NCBI GenBank assembly: GCA_951812855.1
Contig: OX638337.1
Coordinates: 1,110,001 to 1,142,000 of the forward strand
Length of the DNA: 32,000 nt
Direction of reading: 5' to 3'
DNA from: an uncultured Lentisphaeria bacterium
GTDB lineage: Bacteria; Verrucomicrobiota; Lentisphaeria; JABSQK01; JAJFLO01
Part shown: one piece after another, positions 1-10,600 of the stretch
How the letters are laid out: every line of letters begins with the position of its first letter
How positions within the stretch are numbered: the first letter of the stretch is position 1
The notes under the pieces: model-generated
The model's input: the letters and a program-made list of their open reading frames with translations, nothing else
What the model was told of the DNA's origin: nothing
Databases searched by the model: none
Translations under genes and position numbers: made by a program

Positions 1-1467
1 ATCTTTTGCAAGATTTTCGTATATTAATGCGGCTTGCTTAAATTTTCCCAACGATGTAAACAATTTTGCTAAATGCAGTAATGATTCTTTATTCTCTGAC
101 AATTTATCTTTATAAGAAATCGATATGCGATGTAATAGCGACAGGGCTTTTTCCATTTTACCACCTGAGATAAACGCTTGACATTGAAGAAATAATACAT
201 TTATCGTCAGATCATTTTCTGGAAACTCATTCTCAAATGAATTCGCACGTACTGTTAATTCATCGTACCTGCCCATCTCAAATAAACAATCAATAGCATA
301 GTAATACGAAAAAAGCCTATAGGTACTGTCATCAAAATTATCTACAATTTCGATGAAATCTGTTAATGCTGAACTAAACCGGTCCAATTGTTTTAAGGAC
401 AGTCCACGAAGGTAGATTAATTCATCATTACTTTCAGAAAACAGCGTATTATATTCTATAGACAATTCGATTAATTTTTTATATTGTTTAAGATTTAATA
501 ATATCCACGCCTGACCCGCCAGGGCATTTTGTGCAAATTTACTTCCGGGATAGTTTTTAAGTAACTTGTCATAGTAAAATATTGCATTTTCTTTTGCTCC
601 TTTAACATTTTCTAATTCACCGAGCTGAAATAATGCTTCTTCTTTTACTGAATCCGGCAAACTGTCTGAATTATCGAGGCGTTTTAAATACTCCAATGAT
701 TTATTAAATTTACCAAGGTCCTTATAAATTTTCGCAAGGTTTAAAACTGCATAAGGGCGATAAATACAGCTATCCGAAAAAGGCTTGTCTGCAAGGGTTA
801 GAAAATGGATAATAGATTGCTGTTGATTCCCTGTTGAATTATTTATCACAGCAAGATAATAATTTGCGGTTTCTGAAATTTTTTCATCAACTCCGGTGCG
901 TTTAATAAGAAGGGTCAATTCTTTTTTCGCTTCTTTCATTTTACCCAATTCCATATAAGTATTCGCAATAATAATTGCTGCTTTTTGGGAATATGGGTGG
1001 TTTGGGTATTTGATCTTCAATTGTGATAATGTTTCAACACTCTCATTCAGTTTCTGAGCCTGTCTCAAGCAGTCACCTAATTTAAATAATATGTCCGGCT
1101 TTAACTCGGGTGAATGATTCTCTTCTAATAATTTTAGAAACTCTTTTTCTGCCATGTCAAAATATCTGCGCCGAATTAATCCATCCGCAAATTTGAAACG
1201 TTCGAAAACATTTTTATGATTTTGCTTTTTAGTAGAAGATTCATCTAATGAATTTGAAGCTCCTAAACAAATTGTGGAAAAGGAAAAAGAGAATACAATT
1301 ATCAAAAAAGGTATGTGTTTACAGGATCTAATGAAAGATATTGGTAAAACCGAACGTAAACACTGAAGATCTGGCTCTGCAGTAAAAACCTGTAGAAAAG
1401 AAGAGGTACCTAAATTACCGGTCAGAGTATGGTAAAGATATAAGAAAAGGGTTCTGACAGTTGTCAT
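1..1467 (-). CDS. TPR-repeat protein (partial; C-terminus lies beyond the left edge; start uncertain)
   Basis: Hand translation of the minus strand gives an uninterrupted frame from ATG (CAT at 1465-1467; alternative in-frame ATG at 1486-1488) to base 1, 489 codons. It is absent from the ORF track because there is no stop in the window. It has a hydrophobic N-proximal segment (KHIPFLIIVFSFSFSTICLGAS) followed by many TPR-like units, e.g. AAIIIANTYMELGKMKEAKKEL, YAVLNLAKIYKDLGKFNKSLEYLKRL and LLHLAKLFTSLGKFKQAALIYENLAKD. It sits on the same strand about 100 nt downstream of exbD. Confidence 0.7.
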   Translation of the reverse strand, partial: MTTVRTLFLYLYHTLTGNLGTSSFLQVFTAEPDLQCLRSVLPISFIRSCKHIPFLIIVFSFSFSTICLGASNSLDESSTKKQNHKNVFERFKFADGLIRRRYFDMAEKEFLKLLEENHSPELKPDILFKLGDCLRQAQKLNESVETLSQLKIKYPNHPYSQKAAIIIANTYMELGKMKEAKKELTLLIKRTGVDEKISETANYYLAVINNSTGNQQQSIIHFLTLADKPFSDSCIYRPYAVLNLAKIYKDLGKFNKSLEYLKRLDNSDSLPDSVKEEALFQLGELENVKGAKENAIFYYDKLLKNYPGSKFAQNALAGQAWILLNLKQYKKLIELSIEYNTLFSESNDELIYLRGLSLKQLDRFSSALTDFIEIVDNFDDSTYRLFSYYYAIDCLFEMGRYDELTVRANSFENEFPENDLTINVLFLQCQAFISGGKMEKALSLLHRISISYKDKLSENKESLLHLAKLFTSLGKFKQAALIYENLAKD

Positions 1468-1571
1468 AGAATAAGAAAATTTCAGCATTGAGCGTATTGA
1501 AATTAAACAACGTTTCAAGTGAATTCGTGATTAATTTAATTCATATGCATTTCACGAAAAATCGGAAAAAA

Positions 1572-1997
1572 CTAGTGCTGTGAGTTTCCCGGGGAAAGGG
1601 TAGCAAATGAAATATTCCAGATATCTACTTTCCGACAAATATCGATGACAGTAATCACATTTTCATAATCGGTTTCTTTATCACCACGAATGATTACAGG
1701 ATGCCCCTTAAATGTCTCTGCAATTTGACCAAGTAAATCCTGAAGCTTTTCTGGCGTAAAGGACATTGAGTTTATATAGATGTTCCCATCTTTATCAAGA
1801 TTTATTATGATTTCACCCGGTGTTCGACTCGCATCCACTCCAGAGTCTGCGGTTGGAACATTAATCCCGATTTTCGACTCCCATTGGGCATAAATTGATG
1901 CAACCATAAAAAATATCAAAAGTAAAAATACAATATCAATCATTGGCGCCATTTGAAAACCAGGTGATTCCGATTTAAATCCCTTTCGAAAATTCAT
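1572..1997 (-). CDS. exbD: ExbD/TolR-family biopolymer transport protein
   Basis: 141 aa. It has the N-terminal single TM motif typical of ExbD/TolR (APMIDIVFLLLIFFMV) and a periplasmic domain of the expected length. A GGAGCAGGA Shine-Dalgarno sequence lies upstream of the ATG. It is directly downstream of the exbB-like gene. Confidence 0.85.
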   Translation of the reverse strand: MNFRKGFKSESPGFQMAPMIDIVFLLLIFFMVASIYAQWESKIGINVPTADSGVDASRTPGEIIINLDKDGNIYINSMSFTPEKLQDLLGQIAETFKGHPVIIRGDKETDYENVITVIDICRKVDIWNISFATLSPGNSQH

Positions 1998-2044
1998 AAT
2001 TCTAATTCCTGCTCCGGAACCAATTTAATTGAGAACACATTCTA

Positions 2045-2758
2045 TTACTCGGAGTTAGTTCGGTTAAAGATTATTTGATATATTATTGTGTTACATTGCT
2101 CTTCAAGAGAAGCAATTAAACGACTGACATGACCACGGAAATAGGAATAGAGCAACATACAAATAATTCCTACAATTAATCCTCCTGCTGTCGTTACCAA
2201 TGCCTTAGATACACCACTGGCCAATGCAATCGGTTTTACAGAACCAAAATCCGTCTGCAATCCGACAAACGCCTGGATCATACCCAAAACTGTTCCCAGC
2301 AGTCCCACCATAGGTGATATAATTGCAATATCCATCAAATATTGAATACGTTGCCATAACGCACTTGCCTGCCGATGACCTTCATCTTCAATAACATTCC
2401 GAATAACATGATAGTCCGTATCAGGACGTATTTTAATCAGTTGTGCCGCTGATCCAATAATACGTGATCCTGCAGAGGAGTATCTTCGGCATAGATTTGT
2501 TAACTCGTTGATATCATTTGCATTTGCTGCTTCTTCAGCTTCGGTCTGAAATTGTTCAGGCATTAACAGGCTTTCACGTAATGTCATAAGAAAATAGACA
2601 ACAAGAAACGTTGCAAATATTGATAGCAATCCCAATACGCCCATTGGCCAGCCACCATCCTTTATGACCTGTGTGAACGGCACAGTTTTGCTGGATCCAC
2701 CCGCAAATGAATTAAGTATCGCAATAAAAAATAGAATCGAACACGATTTATAGTTCAT
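2045..2758 (-). CDS. exbB: MotA/TolQ/ExbB-family proton-channel protein
   Basis: 237 aa with a signal-like N-terminus and the conserved C-terminal TM2/TM3 region of the ExbB/TolQ family (ISPMVGLLGTVLGMIQAF ... ALVTTAGGLIVGI). A 47-nt gap separates it from exbD. Confidence 0.85.
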   Translation of the reverse strand: MNYKSCSILFFIAILNSFAGGSSKTVPFTQVIKDGGWPMGVLGLLSIFATFLVVYFLMTLRESLLMPEQFQTEAEEAANANDINELTNLCRRYSSAGSRIIGSAAQLIKIRPDTDYHVIRNVIEDEGHRQASALWQRIQYLMDIAIISPMVGLLGTVLGMIQAFVGLQTDFGSVKPIALASGVSKALVTTAGGLIVGIICMLLYSYFRGHVSRLIASLEEQCNTIIYQIIFNRTNSE

Positions 2759-3744
2759 GAAATTCTCTCAAATGTGTTAGTTGTTTTTAGTTATTTAATA
2801 TAAAAAAGATTTTAGTAATAAAAACGTAAATGTACTTGATAGCAACCCATAAACTGTAATATGCAGCAGAATATAATAACATCTTTTCAGTATTGCATAA
2901 GAATTCATTCAAATTTTCAATGAGGAGAATAGACTCGAATTCTTTCGATATTTCCCTGCTGTATCAAGTTGTGAAACCAATTTTGATTACTGTCCATCAA
3001 GCACACAGACATGTCACTGACAAAATTTATAATTACTCTTCTTTATTCAACACCAGTCTCAGTTTGAAAATTAATAACCCGAGACTACAAGATAAAAAAG
3101 CACTCACAATGCGTGAACACCTCATATAAAGTACCAATTAATAATTGACTTATTTAAATTAACCTATTACTTGAACTGCCTGTGCCGATATCTGATTCGC
3201 TACTTGAAACAACAGTAGATTAATTCGACAAAAACCGCTATGAAATTGCATGATAAATGAATTCAAATTGTAAAGAACCGATAAATTTTCAGTTCAAAAT
3301 TATTCACCCCTAATAGTCTTAGTATACATAACTCATTTAACGGGTAACTGATTTGGGAACAGTATAATTTTTTTTACTCAGCTGTTATCTTATTTTAACT
3401 TCAAATTCGTATCGTTAAATTTAAAACTATAGAAAGATAAAATTATTATTTCGCTGCTAAATCGAAGCAACGGATTTTCTTACATAATTTAGATAGCGAC
3501 TAAATCTATGAATTTTTCACTTTTCAATTAAATCAATAGTTACAATAAATTATCAAGCTCCGAAGTATGATGTTAAAGCATTCATCATCTTAGTCATACG
3601 ATGTGAATTTATTCAGAAAGTGTATTAAATTCACTCTTATTAAATTTTAATTGGTTATATATTTGGAAATAGAGAGAGTCGTCATACAATTATAATAATA
3701 ATTCTGTATATCTTCGGAAATCTATAATTTATATCGTTTATAAC

Positions 3745-4332
3745 ATGGACACTGAAAAATTTTCCGGCTTAATCGTGGGCGTTGATCTTGATGGTGTTTG
3801 CTCAGATTTTTATACTCGATTTCGAGAAATTGCCGCCGAATGGTTTGAGTGCCCTGTTGATACACTGACAAAAGAAGTATCATATGGATTGACTGAATGG
3901 GGTATTGACAATCAAAAACAATACGAAAGTCTCCATCGCTTTGCGGTAACTCAGAAGGCTCTTTTTCAAACGTCAGTGATGATAACCGGTGCCAGAAAAT
4001 ATTTACGCAAACTATCCGATGAAGGCGCAAGAATTCGTATCATTACTCATAGATTATTTATTCACTATTTTCATAAAACCGCGGTAAATCAGACTATTGA
4101 CTGGCTTGACAAAAACGGAATTCCCTACTGGGATCTGTGTTTCATGAAAGACAAAGAACAGGTTGGAGCAAATGTTTATATTGAAGACAGTCCGGGAAAT
4201 ATTGAACAACTCAGAAAGTCTGGATTTTATACAATTTGTTTTGGTAACAGCACCAACACTGATATTGATGGACCACGAGTAAAATCCTGGAAGGAAGTAT
4301 ACGATCTTATTGATCGTAAATACGGTTCCTAA
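3745..4332 (+). CDS. HAD-superfamily 5'(3')-deoxyribonucleotidase-like protein (NT5C-like)
   Basis: 195 aa. HAD motif I is present as [12 protein letters not shown] (DxDGV), and there is a late acidic motif, [12 protein letters not shown]. Size and layout fit the NT5C deoxyribonucleotidase family. The family assignment comes from motif recognition only. Confidence 0.55.
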   Translation: MDTEKFSGLIVGVDLDGVCSDFYTRFREIAAEWFECPVDTLTKEVSYGLTEWGIDNQKQYESLHRFAVTQKALFQTSVMITGARKYLRKLSDEGARIRIITHRLFIHYFHKTAVNQTIDWLDKNGIPYWDLCFMKDKEQVGANVYIEDSPGNIEQLRKSGFYTICFGNSTNTDIDGPRVKSWKEVYDLIDRKYGS

Positions 4333-4348
4333 AACGTTGTATATATAG

Positions 4349-4912
4349 TTTAATTACCGATTCTACTCTTGTTTAGCGGTAAGCGACGCATCCTGGAAAA
4401 ATCCTGAATCGAACTTCCAGATAATACCTGGAGGGGAAAAAATTGGTGATCATTTATCTGTTCATCCATCGACGATAATTCGGGAGATCAATCGTAACGG
4501 CATTTCCCATGGTTATGATCGCCGGGCAGCTCACGATCCTGCAATCAGGCGACGCGGTACAGTTCGTAAGCCAACGGTATTAACTGAATCAACAATTCAA
4601 TTGATCAAACAACATATCCGATCAGATTCGAGTCCAAAACAAATAAGCGGCTGGTTAAAAAGAAAAGAAATCATGTCAATCAGTCATAAAACCATTTGTA
4701 AATCAGCCTGTCAGGATAAAGGAAAAGGTGAGAATCTTTATCATCATTTGAGATGTCAAAAGAAACGCCGTCGCCTTTATGGAAGCAGCAAAGGATTATT
4801 ATCTCCAACCGTGTATTCAGTGATGATTGGTCCGACAGTGAGTGTTGATCTTAAAACCCGCATTGGGGATTGGGAAGTTGATGCCGTTGTTCCTGACAGG
4901 GGAAATGGTTGA
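4349..4912 (+). pseudogene. IS30-family transposase remnant (N-terminal/HTH part only)
   Basis: The frame is open from 4349, just after TAG at 4346-4348, and has no plausible start codon until 4601. Translation: ...GEKIGDHLSVHPSTIIREINRNGISHGYDRRAAHDPAIRRRG...SPKQISGWLKRKEIMSISHKTICK...LYHHLRCQKKRRR...RIGDWEVDAVV, then a stop. These are the characteristic IS30 blocks (STISRE..RN, WSPEQIAG.L, ISHETIY, LY.HLR, G.WE.D). The ORF ends at the first catalytic Asp block, so the rest of the DDE core is missing. Confidence 0.6.
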
Positions 4913-5204
4913 ATTATCTTACACCAATGAGAAGTATTCTATAAGGAAGGAATTGTACTTCACGGTTGAATCCACCAAATAGTATATTACGTACCCAATC
5001 CTCATTCTACTCAGCATTCGGATAATCCGAAAATCTATTACTCACTGTCATAAAAGACGTATTCGGAAAAACTTGAACATTCAGTATAACACAGTCTATT
5101 TGCATGATTTACATATTATAAATTTCATCTCACTCTTGAGGTCGTTGGAAAAACGGAATTTATGGTGGTTGTATCCAAAAACAAAATACAGAATAAGGTT
5201 GATT

Positions 5205-5294
5205 ATGGGCAGACAATACAAAAAAGTAAGGAAACGCAATAGGCGAAAACGTTACCTGGAGCGTTTAAAAGTTAGACAGAAAAGGTCGACGTAA
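5205..5294 (+). CDS. 29-aa Arg/Lys-rich micro-protein, possibly a bS22-like small ribosomal protein
   Basis: An ATG at 5205 is preceded by AAGG 8 nt upstream. Translation is MGRQYKKVRKRNRRKRYLERLKVRQKRST, then a stop (TAA 5292-5294). It is the C-terminal part of track ORF 5073-5294, whose upstream part looks non-coding. Composition and length resemble bS22 (see findings). Confidence 0.35.
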   Translation: MGRQYKKVRKRNRRKRYLERLKVRQKRST

Positions 5295-5325
5295 ATCATA
5301 AGATTAAACATGAAAGGCCCGAAAC

Positions 5326-6201
5326 TTGAAACTGAGAGGTTGTTACACTGCTCTGGTCACTCCATTAAAAAACGGTCAAATCTGTTATTCAGCTCTCAAA
5401 GAATTAATTGAAGAACAAATTGAAGCTAAGATTGACGGTCTGGTTCCGGTTGGCACAACTGGTGAATCGCCAACATTGAGTATTGATGAGCATAAAAAGG
5501 TTATTGAAATAACGATAGAAACGGTAAAGAACCGATGCCCGGTAATTGCCGGCACAGGTGGAAATTCAACAGCAGAAGCACTGGAACTAACCCAATTTGC
5601 CAAAGAATCCGGTGCAGATGCAACATTACAGGTGACTCCGTATTATAATAAACCTACCCAGGAAGGATTATACTGTCATTTTTCTAAAATCGCCGATGAC
5701 GTCGGATTGCCGATTGTTCTTTACAATATTCCGGGACGAACCGGAATCGAAATTAAATTAGACACTCTGTTACGCCTTGGGAAAAACAGCAACATAATTG
5801 CTGTCAAAGAAGCTGGCGGAAGTGTCGATCGTGTCAGCCAAATAAAATCTCAAGACAATGATATCACTATTTTAAGTGGCGACGACATGCTGACTTTACC
5901 CATGATTGCTGTCGGAGCCGAAGGTGTCATCAGCGTTGCATCAAATTTAATTCCTGAAGAAATGCTGAAACTAACCCACGATGCACTTTCTAATAATTAT
6001 ACGGATGCACGGATTCGTCACCTTAGATTACATAAATTATTTAGTATTTTGTTTATAGAGACAAACCCGATTCCTATAAAAGCTGCACTCGCATATTTTG
6101 GAAAGATTCAAGAAGAATACAGATTGCCGTTATGCAATATGAGTAAAGAAAACAAGGGTTTGCTAATTCAAAGATTAGATGAGTTAAGGAATCCTCAATA
6201 A
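5326..6201 (+). CDS. dapA: 4-hydroxy-tetrahydrodipicolinate synthase
   Basis: 291 aa with a TTG start. DapA signatures are present: GLVPVGTTGESPTLS, YNIPGRTG, and the active-site Lys context AVKEAGG. Confidence 0.9.
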   Translation: MKLRGCYTALVTPLKNGQICYSALKELIEEQIEAKIDGLVPVGTTGESPTLSIDEHKKVIEITIETVKNRCPVIAGTGGNSTAEALELTQFAKESGADATLQVTPYYNKPTQEGLYCHFSKIADDVGLPIVLYNIPGRTGIEIKLDTLLRLGKNSNIIAVKEAGGSVDRVSQIKSQDNDITILSGDDMLTLPMIAVGAEGVISVASNLIPEEMLKLTHDALSNNYTDARIRHLRLHKLFSILFIETNPIPIKAALAYFGKIQEEYRLPLCNMSKENKGLLIQRLDELRNPQ

Positions 6202-6273
6202 AGTGAATCAGGATGTTACATGGTTTCATATACCATGCAAAATATAATAACAACTTTTAGAAGAGATTGACAT

Positions 6274-7077
6274 ATGATACCGATTACAGTAATCGGCGCC
6301 TGTGGCCGAATGGGGAAGGAAATTATAAAGCTCATCGCAGTAGATAATCAGTTATGTTTAGCTGGAGCAATAGACACTGAAATGGCAAAAGGATTTGGCT
6401 ATGATGCCGGCATAAACTCCGGCATTGATAAACTTGGAATTAACATTTCAAATCATTTAACGAATGCAATTCCCGATAGCGAAGTTATAATCGATTTTTC
6501 ATCCCCTCATGCTGTTTTGAATAATACAAAAACCGCAATAGAGGGAAATTGTTCAACCGTCATTGGCACAACTGGTTTTTCCGAAGAAGTTCGAAGTGAA
6601 ATAGAGTCCCTCGCTGCAAGTAATGGAAAAATTGTCATGGCTCCCAATATGAGTATTGGTGTCAACCTTCTTTTTTTACTATGCCGGAGAGCCGCGGAGA
6701 TTCTTGACAACGATTTCGATATAGAAGTTGTTGAAATGCATCACAATCAGAAGCAGGATGCACCGAGTGGAACGGCAGAACAACTTGGCAGAATCTTGGC
6801 AGAACAAAGAAATTTAAGCTATGCCAATGATACAAAACATGGACGATTTGGATTAGTTGGAGAGCGGACGTCAAATGAAATTGGTATTCATTCAATACGT
6901 GGAGGAGATGTAGTCGGTGATCATCAGGTTATCTTTGCAGCTGATGGTGAGCGATTCGAGCTGGTGCACAAAGCGTCAAGCAGGACAACATTTGCAAAAG
7001 GTGCCATTAGAGCTGCTAAATTTATCGTTGATGCAAAACCTGGAATTTACGACATGCAACAGGTCCTTGGTTTATAA
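6274..7077 (+). CDS. dapB: 4-hydroxy-tetrahydrodipicolinate reductase
   Basis: 267 aa. It has an N-terminal Rossmann GACGRMG motif and the DapB signature EVVEMHHNQKQDAPSGTA. It follows dapA. Confidence 0.9.
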   Translation: MIPITVIGACGRMGKEIIKLIAVDNQLCLAGAIDTEMAKGFGYDAGINSGIDKLGINISNHLTNAIPDSEVIIDFSSPHAVLNNTKTAIEGNCSTVIGTTGFSEEVRSEIESLAASNGKIVMAPNMSIGVNLLFLLCRRAAEILDNDFDIEVVEMHHNQKQDAPSGTAEQLGRILAEQRNLSYANDTKHGRFGLVGERTSNEIGIHSIRGGDVVGDHQVIFAADGERFELVHKASSRTTFAKGAIRAAKFIVDAKPGIYDMQQVLGL

Positions 7078-7676
7078 TTAAAATTTTGGTTTGAAATTTC
7101 CTTCTGAATACGGAATATTTTCCAAAGTTTCTATTAAATTATAGAGAATTTTTAGCAAAAGAATGGAAAGTTACGTAACCGTATTGAAAAATTACATCAT
7201 GTTTCTGAAAGGAAGCGGTGGTGGAGCAGCAATTTATGTGACGTCGATGGCAGTTATTTAGTTTATGGTCAGGATGCTTTTCAGCTTCGGTTGCAGAGTT
7301 TCGATTAAGGAACTCTTTTATCCACTTTTTCATCGGATTATTAATTCCAGTTTTTTATCCTGTTTTCATATTATTCAAAATGACTGTTTATACTCCACCC
7401 GACCCTATGGGAGATGCAGTATTGATCGAATTTGTATCTTCAGATGGCAGACTTCAGAAACTAAGAATCCCATATCAGGATATTGACTCGGTCAGGAAAG
7501 CCTGGTTGCGTCCCGCCATTTTCCAGTCATTAAATATTTAATTCATCTTTAATGAACACGGGAAAGAATTATATCCAAACAGTCATGTAACTGTATTGTA
7601 TTGTCACCTTTAATAACCAATGATTGATATTCATTTTAGAATATTGTCATCCCCGAAATACCAGAGATTATATCAA

Positions 7677-10600
7677 ATGTTTAAGAAAGCAAAATCAAAC
7701 GTTAATTTCGCAGAACTTGAAAAAGAAATTTTGTCATTTTGGAAAACAAACGACATTTTCCAATTGTCCCTGAAACAGAGGGAAGGTAATGAAGAATTTG
7801 TATTTTACGATGGTCCTCCATTTGCAACGGGCTTACCACACTATGGCCACTTACTGGCAGGAACAATCAAGGATGTGGTACCACGATACCAGACCATGTG
7901 CGGGAAATACGTTGATCGAGTATTTGGTTGGGATTGCCATGGATTGCCGGTTGAAAATGAAATGGAAAAAGAATTAAATATAACCAGCAAACATGAAATT
8001 GAAGAATATGGAGTGGACAAATTTAACGAAGCCTGCCGAGGCATAGTTCAACGTTATACCTCAGAATGGGAAACTGTCGTAAAGCGAATCGGACGATGGG
8101 TTGATTTTGAAAATGGCTATCGGACCATGGATAAAAGTTACATGGAATCCATATGGTGGGTATTTAAGCAATTATGGGATAAAAAATTAATTTATGAAGG
8201 TCATAAAATCCTTCCCTATTGCCCACGATGTGCAACACCGTTATCTAATTTTGAAGCCAATCAGGGATACAGAGAAGTAAGTGACCCGTCAATTACTATT
8301 CGATTTAAGCTTAAAGATCAAGAAAACACCTATATCCTTGCCTGGACAACGACACCCTGGACATTGCCATCTAATTTAGCACTTGCTCTGGGAAAAGACA
8401 TAGACTACGTCATGGTTCAAGATGGCGATGAAAAATACATTCTGGCTAAAGACCGGTTAGATGTGTATTATAAAAAAGATTCACTGCCTGCAATAATTAA
8501 AGAATATAAGGGTTCTGAATTACGCGATTACCGATATAAACCGTTATTCCCTTATTTTGAAGAGTTAGAAGATCAGGGAGCGTTTAAAATTATCATTGGT
8601 GATTTTGTATCAACTCAGGATGGTACCGGGATTGTCCATATCGCACCTGGATTTGGAGAAGATGATGCCCTGGCAGGGAAACGAAATAATATCCCGTCAG
8701 TTTGTCCGATAGATGCAGAATGCCGGTTTACTGAAGAAATCCCTGAATTCAAAGGACAATTTGTAAAAAAGGCTGATCATGACATCATTGATCATTTAAA
8801 AAGAAAATCTATTCTGGTTCATAAAACAAAGTATCTTCATAATTATCCCCATTGTTGGCGCTGTGAATCTCCCCTGATTTACCGGGCAATTTCAACCTGG
8901 TTTGTCAATGTTGAGAGCATAAAAGATCAACTGTTAAAGTGTAATGAACAAATATCCTGGATGCCTGCTCATATTAAAAACGGCCGATTCGGGAAATGGT
9001 TAAGCAATGCTCATGACTGGGCAATTTCCCGCAATCGATATTGGGGATGCCCTCTTCCTATTTGGAAAAACGAAGATTCTGGAGAAACAATTTGCGTTGG
9101 TTCAATAGCTGAACTTAAACAATTATCCAAAAAGGAAGTGAATGATATTCACAAACATTTTATTGATTACATCGAAATTAAATCAAAATCTGGTGCCATA
9201 TTCAAGAGAGTCCCTGAAGTATTGGACTGCTGGTTTGAAAGTGGATCAATGCCCTATGCCCAAAAGCATTATCCATTTAATAATAGAGAATGGCTCGACA
9301 GCCACTTTCCAGCTGATTTTATCGCTGAAGGATTAGATCAAACCCGGGGTTGGTTCTATACATTAGTTGTCATTGGCGGGGCATTATTTGAAAAACCGCC
9401 TTTTAAAAACGTCATAGTAAACGGACTTATTTTAGCTGAAGATGGACGGAAAATGTCAAAACGGCTGAAAAATTATCCTGCACCTGATTATATCATGGAT
9501 AAATACGGTGCTGATGCATTAAGGTTATGCCTTCTTTCTTCTGCTGTAATGAGGGGTGAAGATTTACGTTTTTCAGAAAAAACGGTGAAAGAGATTATTC
9601 GGTCAGTAATGTTGCCGATGTGGAATTCCTACAGCTTTTTTGTTACCTATGCTGCAGTTGATAATTGGGTACCTGAACTAACCCTGGAAGAATTGCAGGA
9701 AAATCTGAACAATCCACTTGATCATTGGATTATTTCACAACTTTATAAGCTTACTGCTGCCGTAAAACTTAATATGGACGAATATAATCTCCAAGCCGCA
9801 GCAATCTGTTTCGCCGAGTTCATCGATAACTTAACCAATTGGTATATAAGGAGAAGTCGACGCCGTTTCTGGAAGAGTCAAAATGACAGTGACAAAAATG
9901 AAGCCTATCACACACTGTATTTTACCTTAATCACATTCTGCAAAACAACAGCACCGTTCATCCCCTTTATAACAGAATCTATCTATCGAAATCTGAAAAC
10001 TCCATCAATGCCAGAGTCTGTTCATTTGGCTGACTTTCCGATCCTGCCGGTAACATTTTCAGATAAAGACCTTGATGGCAAAATGTCTCGTGCAATTCGA
10101 GCCGTTTCATTAGGCCGATATCTTAGAAGTCAATCCGGAATACGCACGCGTCAACCATTGAGTTCTGTTTTCCTTGTTTCGATAAGCCGTGATGTCAGAG
10201 ACGATTTGGATTCGATGAAAGATGTCATCGCGGAAGAGTTAAATGTAAAAAATGTTGTAATTGATGAAAATGAAGAAAGACTGGTCAACTTGTCTGCAAA
10301 AGCAAACTTTAAGAAACTGGGACCTGAATTGGGTAAAGACATGAAACATGCAGCCTCATCAATTACAAATCTTGATCATCTTGAAATAGACGAGCTGAGA
10401 GAGGGAAAAACGATTGAATTGTCTCTGGCAAATGAAACAATTATCTCGATAACATTGGATGATATTGAAATTTGCAGAGAAGAAAAAGCCGGCTTCATGG
10501 CTGCAAATGAGAGTGATATAACAGTCGCTCTTGATTTCACATTAACCGAAACGCTAAAATTAGAAGGTTTCGCACGGGAAATCGTAAATCGAATTCAAAA

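Noticed and set aside
2893-3129. 78-aa track ORF in the long exbB/NT5C intergenic region
   Set aside because: It has no Shine-Dalgarno sequence, an Asn/Ser/Ile-rich composition typical of translated AT-rich non-coding DNA, and no recognisable motif.
3722-4030. 102-aa minus-strand ORF
   Set aside because: It is antisense to the NT5C-like gene, which has clear HAD motifs.
4395-4425. A tRNA T-loop-like string (minus strand GGAAGTTCGATTCAGGA)
   Set aside because: The flanking 5-mers do not pair as a T stem around TTCGATT, and no complementary acceptor stem or anticodon arm could be built. The string also lies inside the IS30-remnant reading frame.
5073-5204. The long (73-aa, TTG-start) version of the basic micro-ORF
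   Set aside because: The upstream 44 residues (MNIQYNTVYLHDLHIINFISLLRS...) look non-coding. The internal ATG at 5205 with an AAGG element gives a compact peptide with coherent composition.
7139-7541. Divergent small ORFs between dapB and ileS: 64 aa on the minus strand (7139-7333) and an unlisted 53 aa on the plus strand (7380-7541, MTVYTPPDPMGDAVLIEFVSSDGRLQKLRIPYQDIDSVRKAWLRPAIFQSLNI)
   Set aside because: Neither has a Shine-Dalgarno sequence or a recognisable motif. The plus-strand one has a protein-like composition and may deserve a conservation check, but I cannot support calling it a gene.
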